A stretch of 64,000 nt of DNA from an uncultured Christensenella sp. (lineage in GTDB: Bacteria; Bacillota; Clostridia; Christensenellales; UBA1242), in the NCBI GenBank assembly GCA_949300385.1, contig CASGDZ010000001.1, forward strand, positions 80,276-144,275. Reading direction: 5' to 3'. Below are positions 57,631 to 64,000 of this stretch, one piece after another; the first letter of the stretch is position 1, and each line of letters starts with the position of its first letter. Below the pieces are notes generated by a model, which worked only from the letters and a program-made list of their open reading frames with translations, was not told where the DNA came from and ran no database searches. The position numbers and the translations under genes are program-made.

Positions 57631-58862
57631 CTATTGATAACAAATTGTTAGATTTAATTAATGATTGTGAAAATCAATCAAAAAAACAATTTGACGATAT
57701 TGAAAGAATTGAATTTAAAAATCAATTAAAAGTTCTAAACGCTTTTAATGAAAATCATATTCAATCATATCATTTTATTGGTAGTACTGGATATGGTCAT
57801 AATGATATAGGTAAAGAAAAAATTTGCGATGTATTCGCTTCTATTTTTCACACAGAATCCGCCTTTGTGAGTCCTTTAATTAGTTGCGGTACGGAAGCTA
57901 TAAGTCAAACTCTATTAGGTATTTTGCGTCCAGGTGATAATATGTTGTGCATATCTGGAACACCATACGATACTTTAAAAAAGGTCATTTATGGGGTAGA
58001 AGGGAAGGACATAGGGTCTTTAAAAGATTATAATATAAGTTATAATGAAATTGACTTAATAGATAATGATTTTGATATACCTGCAATAATTAAATTTATC
58101 TCTTTGCACAGCCCAAAATTAATTTATATTCAACGCTCTCGTGGCTATTCTTTAAGAAACGCTATTACAATATCACAGATAGGCAATCTAATTAAATCAA
58201 TCCGACCTTATACAAATGCTTATATAGTAGTAGATAATTGCTATGGAGAATTTACTGAAGAATTAGAGCCAACCGATGTAGGTGCAGATTTGGTAGTGGG
58301 TTCATTATTGAAAAATATGGGAGGAGGGATAGCCCCAACTGGCGGATATATTGCAGGAAAGAGCGAACTAATTGAACTGATTTCATATAAGTTGACTAGT
58401 CCTGCATTAAGTACTGATACAGGTTCATATGAACCAGGTTATAAAGCGTTCTTTGAAGGTGTATTCCTTGCTCCTCATGTAGTAGCAGAGAGTAAAAAAC
58501 TCGTAGTCATTACTTCAATGTGCTTATCAAAATTAGGATATAAGACAATCCCAAATACAAATCAACCTATAAGCGATATTGTATGTACAATTGTATTCAA
58601 TGATAAAAATAAGTTAATTAATTTCTCAAAAGCCATTCAAGCATCTAGTGCAATCGATAGCGATTCTGTATTAGAGGCAGGAGAGATGGACGGATATGAC
58701 GACCTTATAATTATGGCAAGTGGAAGTTTTAATCAGGGTAGTAGTATTGAATTAAGTTGCGATGGACCTATGCGCGAGCCATATGCTGGTTATATTCAAG
58801 GTTGCCTAACATATCAACATGGCAAAATCGGATTAATGAACGCCCTTAGAACTTTACAATAA
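57624..58862 (+). CDS. YnbB-like Cys/Met-metabolism PLP enzyme ('aluminium resistance' family)
   Basis: 412 aa. The family was recognised by overall pattern (…GYGHNDIGKE…; SLLKNMGGGIAPTGGYIAG) and by its conserved location after the mutSL-miaA cluster. Confidence 0.75.
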   Translation: MLTIDNKLLDLINDCENQSKKQFDDIERIEFKNQLKVLNAFNENHIQSYHFIGSTGYGHNDIGKEKICDVFASIFHTESAFVSPLISCGTEAISQTLLGILRPGDNMLCISGTPYDTLKKVIYGVEGKDIGSLKDYNISYNEIDLIDNDFDIPAIIKFISLHSPKLIYIQRSRGYSLRNAITISQIGNLIKSIRPYTNAYIVVDNCYGEFTEELEPTDVGADLVVGSLLKNMGGGIAPTGGYIAGKSELIELISYKLTSPALSTDTGSYEPGYKAFFEGVFLAPHVVAESKKLVVITSMCLSKLGYKTIPNTNQPISDIVCTIVFNDKNKLINFSKAIQASSAIDSDSVLEAGEMDGYDDLIIMASGSFNQGSSIELSCDGPMREPYAGYIQGCLTYQHGKIGLMNALRTLQ

Positions 58863-59039
58863 TCTATTTATATTTTGCGACAATTTTGTTAATAAAAAAA
58901 GTTAGACATGTATTATTCTACATGCCCAATTTTTTATATAAGTAGGAGAAATACAAACGCTAAATAACTAAAATTAATAATGTTAAAATTATGCAATGCA
59001 TCACAAATGAATAAAAAATAATCAAGGAAGCATTTGTAA

Positions 59040-59054
59040 TTTTACGCAATGATA
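59040..59054 (+). repeat. Arm motif copy A (TTTTACGCAATGATA; 14/15 match)
   Basis: Matches TTTTRCGCAAAGATA with one mismatch. Its TTTACG doubles as the -35 of a promoter. Confidence 0.7.
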
Positions 59055-59068
59055 CATATTGATATAAT
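59041..59068 (+). promoter_or_regulatory. sigma-A-like promoter inside the non-coding island
   Basis: TTTACG (59041-59046), 16 nt spacer, TATAAT (59063-59068), with TG at 59060-59061. Confidence 0.45.
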
Positions 59069-59143
59069 GATATAAATCGATATATAATATAATTTCAATA
59101 AGATAAATTAAGCAAAAATTCTAAAAATTTGGAGAAATATATG

Positions 59144-59327
59144 TGTGGACAAAGTAGAGGAGGAAGAAAGATTTACATATATATCTTTGCGCAAAACACT
59201 TCTTTTGCGCAAAGATATTGCAATTTTGGGCTAAAAACCTGTGGAAATGCCATTTTTTATCCACACATTCTAACTTATTATAAATATTGTTACAATTTTC
59301 GACAAGATTGACTTTTAATAATCCACA
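59144..59327. promoter_or_regulatory. DnaA-box cluster (4 boxes in 184 bp)
   Basis: Against TTATCCACA, the four boxes are:
- 59144-59152: tgtggacaa, reverse orientation, 1 mismatch
- 59240-59248: tgtggaaat, reverse orientation, 2 mismatches
- 59257-59265: ttatccaca, perfect
- 59319-59327: taatccaca, 1 mismatch. Confidence 0.45.
59181..59218. repeat. Perfect 16-6-16 inverted repeat (arm motif copies B and C)
   Basis: The sequence reads ATATCTTTGCGCAAAA-CACTTC-TTTTGCGCAAAGATAT. The arms are exact reverse complements. Each arm also contains the 10-nt palindrome TTTGCGCAAA. Confidence 0.95.
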
Positions 59328-59690
59328 ATGCCATTTTGTGCATTTTAATTCATTTTATGTTAATAATTTTATGACCTAGTCTTTGACATTTTTTAATATT
59401 TGCAATATTTTAATAATCTTAAAACTTTGTCTTAAATCAACTGAAATTCAAATGACCAATTACTCATCTTTTTTTATTTGAATTCGTCTCAGCGCAGATC
59501 TGACGGGTATAAAATATTAGATAGCCATTAATTGACAAATTATATTATTTAACCAATATTTAAATCCAATGATTTTTCCTTTGCTTAAATTAGATTTATA
59601 GAAATTAAATATAATTTCTTTACAATAACATATTATGATTTGCCTTATCTATGACCTATTATACTGTCAAAGATTAGCAAAAATTAGATT

Positions 59691-59719
59691 ATATTATCAT
59701 ATTGTTATCTTTGCGTAAA
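59691..59719 (-). promoter_or_regulatory. Minus-strand sigma-A-like promoter overlapping arm copy D
   Basis: On the minus strand: TTTACG (59714-59719), 17 nt spacer, TAATAT (59691-59696) preceded by TG. It points into the non-coding island. Confidence 0.4.
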
Positions 59720-59722
59720 AAC
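59706..59722. repeat. 17-bp inverted repeat, left copy (arm motif copy D)
   Basis: TATCTTTGCGTAAAAAC is the exact reverse complement of 61376-61392. Confidence 0.95.
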
Positions 59723-59759
59723 CTTTAATTATAATTTTTATATCGATTTTAATTATTCT

Positions 59760-59791
59760 AAAAAACAAAAGACTAACATAATGCTAGTCTT
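59760..59791 (-). terminator. Rho-independent terminator for serS (+ small ORF)
   Basis: On the minus strand, aagactagc/gttagtctt stem (one G-U pair), loop attat, then TTTTGTTTTTT. Confidence 0.75.
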
Positions 59792-59795
59792 CATT

Positions 59796-59912
59796 TTACC
59801 ATTTCCATAATTTAGTTCTGATTTTTCTTTGTCTACCGCTTTTAGTACTCGGAATACCAGTTGTTTTTGATATTTTGGTTTTAACCTTTGTTATACCAAA
59901 ATTCTTTTCCAA
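59796..59912 (-). CDS. Candidate 38-aa highly basic small protein (TTG start; not in ORF track)
   Basis: GGAGG lies 6 nt upstream of the TTG, with an in-frame TAG immediately upstream. The product is MEKNFGITKVKTKISKTTGIPSTKSGRQRKIRTKLWKW. Its stop is 4 nt before the terminator, and there is no terminator between it and serS. Confidence 0.3.
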   Translation of the reverse strand: MEKNFGITKVKTKISKTTGIPSTKSGRQRKIRTKLWKW

Positions 59913-59980
59913 CTAAATCCTCCACCATTCATATCTCATCTACTATCCTTTTTTGTTATCAGAATTTAGATGTATCCTAC

Positions 59981-61267
59981 TTACTTTTTTACATTAATAA
60001 CTTTTGTTCCACCCATATAAGGCCACAAAACTTCTGGTATTGTCACACTACCATCTGCTTGTAAATGATTCTCTACGAAAGCGATTAACATTCTTGGTGG
60101 CGCAACGACTGTATTGTTTAATGTATGAGCAAACACATTCCCTTTATCTGATTTATATCTTATCCCTAAACGCCTAGCTTGAGCGTCTGTCAGATTACTA
60201 CATGAACCAACTTCAAAATATTTTTTTTGTCTAGGACTCCATGCTTCCACATCCAAACTACGATATTTTAAATCTGCCAAATCACCCGAACAACAGATTA
60301 ATGTTCTTACAGGAATTTTCATAGAAACAAATAACTCTACAGTGTAATTCCACATTTTTTCGTACCAACTTTCGCTGTCTTCAGGTTTGCATATAACAAT
60401 CATTTCTTGCTTTTCAAATTGGTGTATACGATAAATACCCCTTTCCTCTATGCCATGAGCGCCTTTCTCTTTTCTAAAACACGGACTATAAGATGTTAAA
60501 GTTATCGGCAACTTATCTTCTGGTATGATTGTGTCCATAAATCTACCTATCATACTATGTTCACTTGTACCAATAAGATATAAATCTTCTCCTTCAATCT
60601 TATACATCATATTGCCCATTTCTTCAAAACTCATAACGCCTTCAACCACACTGCTATGAATCATAAATGGCGGAATTACATAAGTAAATCCTTTATTGAT
60701 CATAAAGTCTCTGGCATATGCTAAAATAGCACTATGCAAACGCGCAATATCGCCTGTTAAATAATAGAATCCTTGCCCAGAAGTACGCCTAGCGCTATCA
60801 ATATCTATTCCGTCCAATTTCTCTAATATTTCAGTATGATATGGAACTTCAAAGTCCGGAACTTTAGGCTCTAAGAAAGTTTGCGCTTGGACATTAGATC
60901 TATCATCTTCGCCGATAGGGACATCATCTGCAATAATGTTAGGAATAGTCATCATAGCGCGCTTAATCTTTTCATCCAATTCACTGACTTCCTTCTCTAT
61001 AGAAGTTATCCTTTCGTTGTTAATAACGACTTCTGCTTTTACTTTATTAGCATCATCAATGCGCTTTTCTTTCATAAGCATGCCGATTTGACTGGACAAT
61101 GTGTTCCTTTTTGCTCTTAAATCATCGCCTTCTTTTTTTAAAGCACGGACCTTTTTATCCATATCAATAACTTCATCAACTAAATGTAGTTTATGATCTT
61201 GAAATTTCTTTTTAATGTTTTCTTTTACTTTATCAGGATTGTTTCTTAAAAAATTAATATCTATCAT
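59981..61267 (-). CDS. serS: Serine-tRNA ligase
   Basis: N-terminal coiled-coil arm plus a class II core (FRKEKGAHGIEERGIYRIHQFEKQE; GTSEHSM). AAGAGG RBS. Confidence 0.96.
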   Translation of the reverse strand: MIDINFLRNNPDKVKENIKKKFQDHKLHLVDEVIDMDKKVRALKKEGDDLRAKRNTLSSQIGMLMKEKRIDDANKVKAEVVINNERITSIEKEVSELDEKIKRAMMTIPNIIADDVPIGEDDRSNVQAQTFLEPKVPDFEVPYHTEILEKLDGIDIDSARRTSGQGFYYLTGDIARLHSAILAYARDFMINKGFTYVIPPFMIHSSVVEGVMSFEEMGNMMYKIEGEDLYLIGTSEHSMIGRFMDTIIPEDKLPITLTSYSPCFRKEKGAHGIEERGIYRIHQFEKQEMIVICKPEDSESWYEKMWNYTVELFVSMKIPVRTLICCSGDLADLKYRSLDVEAWSPRQKKYFEVGSCSNLTDAQARRLGIRYKSDKGNVFAHTLNNTVVAPPRMLIAFVENHLQADGSVTIPEVLWPYMGGTKVINVKK

Positions 61268-61284
61268 ATATGCCTCTTGGGTTT

Positions 61285-61313
61285 ATTATATCAAAACATA
61301 ATAAAATTTGCAA
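61285..61313 (-). promoter_or_regulatory. sigma-A-like promoter for serS (no T-box leader)
   Basis: On the minus strand: TTGCAA (61308-61313), 17 nt spacer, TATAAT (61285-61290). The leader is only about 15 nt. Confidence 0.6.
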
Positions 61314-61375
61314 CAAATTAAAATTTTATAATAAAAATTTTACCAATTTTCAGAAAAATATATATAAAATAATTT

Positions 61376-61392
61376 GTTTTTACGCAAAGATA
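61376..61392. repeat. 17-bp inverted repeat, right copy (arm motif copy E)
   Basis: GTTTTTACGCAAAGATA is the exact reverse complement of 59706-59722. It lies immediately upstream of the recombinase -10. Confidence 0.95.
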
Positions 61393-61395
61393 TTG

Positions 61396-61401
61396 TATAA
61401 T
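61396..61401 (+). promoter_or_regulatory. -10 element of recombinase gene, leaderless-type geometry
   Basis: TATAAT, 7 nt, ATG 61409, with no SD. The -35 is poor (TTTGTT at 17 nt). Confidence 0.4.
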
Positions 61402-61408
61402 ATGATAT

Positions 61409-62455
61409 ATGTCATCAAATTATTATTTGGATAGAAATAGAAATAATATGCGAAAATTAAATGAAATGTTGACTGAATTGCCAGCATTCTGTTCTATATT
61501 TTTTATCGGTATTCAGGATACCACCACTCCACTCACAAGATTGAATTATGCTGTTGATTTAAAGACATTTTTTAATTATCTAACCACTTATGAAACAAAT
61601 TTTATGGGTCGTGATGTGCGAACTATTACATTAGCAGATATCGATAAAATTGATGCTCAGACGATTGAAAGATATATGGCATCATTATCTTATTATGATA
61701 AAGATAATGGCAAAATATATACTAATGGCGAGCGTGGTAAACTTAGAAAACTTTCTAGTCTGCGTGCATTTTTTAAATACTTTTTCAATAAAGATATGCT
61801 ACGCGCTAATGTTGCTAGTAAAGTTGCAAGTCCGAAACTGCATGAAAAACCTATCATTCGCCTAGAAAACCAAGAAACTGCTGAATTGATGTATTCATGT
61901 GAAACTCTATCTGGATTTAGTGATCACCAAAAGAAATACAATGAAAAATTTAAAGTTAGAGATAATGCCATTTTATCGCTTTTCTTAACGACAGGTATTC
62001 GTGTTAGTGAATGTGTTGGATTGAATGTTGACGACATAAATTTCAACCTAAATTCTTTTAGAGTTACTAGAAAAGGTGGAAATCAAGTTATACTCTATTT
62101 TGGAGAAGAAACAGCAGAAGCGTTGAATAAATACCTTGCTTTTAGAGACACATTAAATTTACCCAAAGAAGAACTAGCACTATTTATTTCAAGTCAAGGT
62201 AAACGAATGGTGGTTAGATCTATGGAATATTTAGTCAAAAAATATGCAAAAATCGCTACCCCATTAAAAAATATAACTCCTCATAAATTGCGATCTACAT
62301 ACGGAACAAATCTTTATAATGAGACTAAAGATATTTATATTGTCGCAGAAGTATTAGGTCATAAAGATGTCAATACTACAAAAAAACATTATGCCGCAAT
62401 AAGCGACGATGTTCGAAAATCTGTAGCTGGTAAAGTCAAACTCAACAATATGTAG
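61409..62455 (+). CDS. Tyrosine site-specific recombinase, XerS-like architecture
   Basis: 348 aa with the catalytic set R (TTGIRVSE), HxxR (TPHKLRST) and H…Y (LGHKDVNTTKKHY). The VTRKGG block and long N-terminal core-binding domain resemble single-recombinase XerS as I recall it. No alignment was run. Confidence 0.85.
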   Translation: MSSNYYLDRNRNNMRKLNEMLTELPAFCSIFFIGIQDTTTPLTRLNYAVDLKTFFNYLTTYETNFMGRDVRTITLADIDKIDAQTIERYMASLSYYDKDNGKIYTNGERGKLRKLSSLRAFFKYFFNKDMLRANVASKVASPKLHEKPIIRLENQETAELMYSCETLSGFSDHQKKYNEKFKVRDNAILSLFLTTGIRVSECVGLNVDDINFNLNSFRVTRKGGNQVILYFGEETAEALNKYLAFRDTLNLPKEELALFISSQGKRMVVRSMEYLVKKYAKIATPLKNITPHKLRSTYGTNLYNETKDIYIVAEVLGHKDVNTTKKHYAAISDDVRKSVAGKVKLNNM

Positions 62456-62470
62456 TGTATGTCAAATATA

Positions 62471-62512
62471 ATATACAATATAAATTGTATATCTTTATCT
62501 TTTGTCTTTTTT
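62471..62512 (+). terminator. A/U-rich hairpin + T-rich tract (weak terminator candidate)
   Basis: atatacaat/attgtatat 9-bp stem, loop ataa, followed by a T-rich run. Confidence 0.35.
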
Positions 62513-62618
62513 CAATTGATGTTTCCAACCAATTGATAGATTAATATTTTATTTCTAACTATATGTTTACTATTAGAAGATAATTTTGCTATCTTGATAT
62601 TAATTTTATCCATTTTAT

Positions 62619-62632
62619 CGAACAAATGTTTG
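62619..62632. promoter_or_regulatory. LexA (Cheo-type) box upstream of lexA
   Basis: CGAACAAATGTTTG fits GAAC-N4-GTTY and lies 8 nt upstream of a TTGACA -35. Autoregulation is expected for lexA. Confidence 0.65.
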
Positions 62633-62640
62633 AAAAGTGT

Positions 62641-62669
62641 TTGACAATTGTTTGAATATATGATAGATT
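62641..62669 (+). promoter_or_regulatory. sigma-A-like promoter for lexA
   Basis: TTGACA (62641-62646), 17 nt spacer, TAGATT (62664-62669). A TAGGAG RBS lies before ATG 62690. Confidence 0.55.
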
Positions 62670-62689
62670 TTATATAGGAGAATTGTTTT

Positions 62690-63274
62690 ATGAATAACAC
62701 TCAAAAAACTTATGACTTTATAATATCATTTATGGATAAGAATAAATATCCGCCTACTGTTAGGGAAATTTGCAATAGTTTGAATTTTGATTCGACATCA
62801 AGTGCTATGTATCATTTAAAAAAACTTGAGAAAGAAGGAAAAATTACTAGAAATTTTAATAAAAACAGAGCGATTGAACTTACTGACAAGACTCAAGCAA
62901 ATATTTCATTACCTGTCATAGGAACTATAGCAGCTGGTACCCCTATCCTAGCGGAAGAAAATTTAGTTGATAAAATGATAGTGAGTGAAAACTTGTTTAC
63001 TGGTACGAATATGTTTGTTTTACAAGTAAAAGGTGACAGCATGATTAATGTCGGTATATATGACGGAGACTATGTTGTAATTTCAAAACAATCAGTAGCA
63101 AATAATGGCGAAATCGTGGCATGCCTTATAGACAATGAAGCTACTGTCAAGCGATATTATAAAGAAAGCGGATATTTTAGACTTCAACCTGAGAATTCTT
63201 TTATGCGTCCTATCATTACTGATCACTTAAAAATATTAGGAAAGGTTGTCGGTCTTATTAGAAATAAATTTTAA
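62690..63274 (+). CDS. lexA: LexA repressor
   Basis: N-terminal winged HTH, AAG cleavage site (GTIAAGTPI), and the Ser/Lys dyad (KGDSM … TVKRY). Confidence 0.94.
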   Translation: MNNTQKTYDFIISFMDKNKYPPTVREICNSLNFDSTSSAMYHLKKLEKEGKITRNFNKNRAIELTDKTQANISLPVIGTIAAGTPILAEENLVDKMIVSENLFTGTNMFVLQVKGDSMINVGIYDGDYVVISKQSVANNGEIVACLIDNEATVKRYYKESGYFRLQPENSFMRPIITDHLKILGKVVGLIRNKF

Positions 63275-63363
63275 AAAAAATTTTAAATTCAATAAACATA
63301 TTTTTATTATAAAATTATTTAGAAACCAAATTCTTACAAATTTTTATTAATTTCGCCTAATTA

Positions 63364-63392
63364 TTGACTAATGACAAAAATTATTATATAAT
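63364..63392 (+). promoter_or_regulatory. Near-consensus sigma-A promoter, leaderless-type geometry
   Basis: TTGACT (63364-63369), 17 nt spacer, TATAAT (63387-63392), 6 nt, ATG 63399. No SD. Confidence 0.55.
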
Positions 63393-63398
63393 AATTTT

Positions 63399-64000
63399 AT
63401 GAAAACGACAGATTTGATACCTTTAATTTTGCTCCAACTCAATGAAGGAGATAAATATGGCTTAGAATTGACTAAGGCCATTGAAACAAAATCTAATGGT
63501 AAAATTATCATTAAACAACCTACTCTTTACACTATCTTGAAAAAATTAGAAAAATCTAAATTCATTAAATCTTATTGGGAAGATAGTGAAATCGGTGGTA
63601 AACGCCACTATTATAAAATAACAGATAATGGCAAATCTCAAGTATCGACTTTGCCTTCTTTTGATGCTTTAATATCTTCTATACTATCTTCAGAAGATAA
63701 TTATAATCTTGATGAAAGCAATACATTTAACAATAACGAATCAGATAATCAGTCAGATAATCAGAATGAAAACAATTATGATTTAAACAATAATATGTCT
63801 TATTCCATAATGGATCTATTAGATAATCAAAATTCTACGGTTGATAATGTAAAAAATACGCCTACTACCCCTAGCATATTACCAAGCGAGGAAGTATTTT
63901 CTTCAAATTCTATCGATACAGCCACAGAAACTGAGATAAACATGTCAAATTCCGATTTATTAAAATCTAAATCTGATAGCCAAAACGAACATTTTGCAAA
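63399..64000 (+). CDS. PadR-family transcriptional regulator with N/D/S-rich C-terminal extension (3' end outside window)
   Basis: I translated this by hand. MKTTDLIPLILLQLNEGDKYGLELTKAIETKSNGKIIIKQPTLYTILKKLEKSKFIKSYWEDSEIGGKRHYYKITDNGK is a PadR winged helix. The frame stays open to base 64000. It is absent from the ORF track because it has no stop in the window. Confidence 0.8.
   Translation, partial: MKTTDLIPLILLQLNEGDKYGLELTKAIETKSNGKIIIKQPTLYTILKKLEKSKFIKSYWEDSEIGGKRHYYKITDNGKSQVSTLPSFDALISSILSSEDNYNLDESNTFNNNESDNQSDNQNENNYDLNNNMSYSIMDLLDNQNSTVDNVKNTPTTPSILPSEEVFSSNSIDTATETEINMSNSDLLKSKSDSQNEHFA

Noticed and set aside
59129-59311. A 60-aa track ORF, or 56 aa from ATG 59141 with a GGAG 6 nt upstream. 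It encodes a Cys/aromatic-rich peptide (MCGQSRGGRKIYIYIFAQNTSFAQRYCNFGLKTCGNAIFYPHILTYYKYCYNFRQD). I considered it as a small secreted or RiPP-like peptide.
   Set aside because: - The frame runs straight through the 16-6-16 palindrome and three DnaA-box-like elements, which explain the sequence better as DNA sites.
- There are no processing, export or modification genes nearby.
- The composition looks like translated AT-rich spacer.
- I kept it only as a low-probability alternative.
59478-59506. A small GC-rich island, gaattcgtctcagcgcagatctgacggg, in the AT-rich island. I considered it as an RNA hairpin, terminator or riboswitch fragment.
   Set aside because: Only 4-bp helices can be drawn (cgtc/gacg or tcag/ctga). 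There is no adjoining U-tract on either strand and no recognisable riboswitch core.
58863-59795. I considered the whole non-coding island as the chromosomal origin (oriC).
   Set aside because: - I did not adopt this as the primary reading.
- There is no dnaA/dnaN/rpmH neighbourhood.
- Flanking genes converge here rather than diverge.
- No DnaA-trio or 13-mer DUE repeats were recognised.
- I retained it only as the DnaA-box-cluster finding, pending GC-skew analysis.
61268-61408. I looked for T-box leaders upstream of serS, and also upstream of proS at 39258.
   Set aside because: - The serS leader is only about 15 nt between its -10 and RBS.
- proS overlaps xseB.
- There is no room for a T-box of about 200 nt, and no specifier or antiterminator sequences were seen.
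61650-61865. A 71-aa + strand ORF in an alternative frame inside the recombinase gene.
   Set aside because: It is nested out of frame within a gene that has a complete catalytic motif set, and nothing supports it independently.
62512-62700. A 62-aa minus-strand ORF between the recombinase gene and lexA.
   Set aside because: It overlaps the lexA promoter, LexA box and start codon. It has no RBS and a low-complexity product.
1-64000. I scanned for CRISPR arrays, rRNA genes, transposases/IS ends, prophage blocks, toxin-antitoxin pairs and known defence-system signatures (reverse transcriptase, cyclase/effector pairs, restriction-modification).
   Set aside because: - None were seen.
- Apart from the 58.9-61.4 kb locus and the small 40.8-42.4 kb patch, every ORF has a housekeeping or sporulation identity with conserved synteny.
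- The repeated TATAAT-like strings are promoter or AT-composition features, not repeat arrays.

Overview
This is an AT-rich core-chromosome segment from a low-GC, endospore-forming Firmicute with Clostridia-like synteny. No taxon can be assigned from sequence alone. About 70 genes, nearly all on the + strand, form a chain of conserved housekeeping clusters:
- ylxM-ffh-rpsP-KH-rimM-trmD, rbgA-rnhB-yraN, and rplS
- comM-dprA-topA-trmFO-hslVU
- a ThiF/thioredoxin/NifS/IscU-like group
- ruvX-DUF1292
- rpsB-tsf-frr-uppS-cdsA-rseP
- rimP-nusA-ylxR-ylxQ-infB-rbfA-truB, then efp
- the complete spoIIIAA-AH operon, then asp23-nusB-xseAB-proS
- comEC-holA, rpsT, murI-glmS, and a class A PBP
- miaB-mutS-mutL-miaA-ynbB, then serS, a tyrosine recombinase, lexA and a PadR regulator

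There is one tRNA-Glu(CUC). I saw no rRNA, CRISPR array, transposase or recognisable defence or toxin cassette.

The most unusual locus is 58.9-61.4 kb, a 0.93-kb non-coding island plus serS.
- It carries five copies of a 15-nt motif (TTTTRCGCAAAGATA) in strictly alternating orientation.
- One pair forms a perfect 16-6-16 inverted repeat with tyrosine-recombinase core-site geometry.
- Another pair is a perfect 17-bp inverted repeat bracketing serS.
- The locus sits next to an XerS-like single recombinase gene and is interleaved with a DnaA-box cluster.

This could be a dif-like or inversion module, or an operator array. I cannot decide between these from sequence alone.

Secondary observations:
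- An 80-bp exact duplication of the ffh 3' end.
- A 507-aa PolC N-terminus/OB/exonuclease-only protein in the canonical polC slot.
- Recurrent TATAAT-N6-ATG (leaderless-type) gene starts.
- An identical LexA-type box at lexA and at comM-dprA-topA.
- A degenerate IscU-like protein in a TcdA-Trx-NifS cluster.
- Several conserved-slot gene absences (codV, codY, pyrH, dxr, ribF/rpsO/pnp).

All functional calls rest on motif and synteny recognition by eye. No searches were run.
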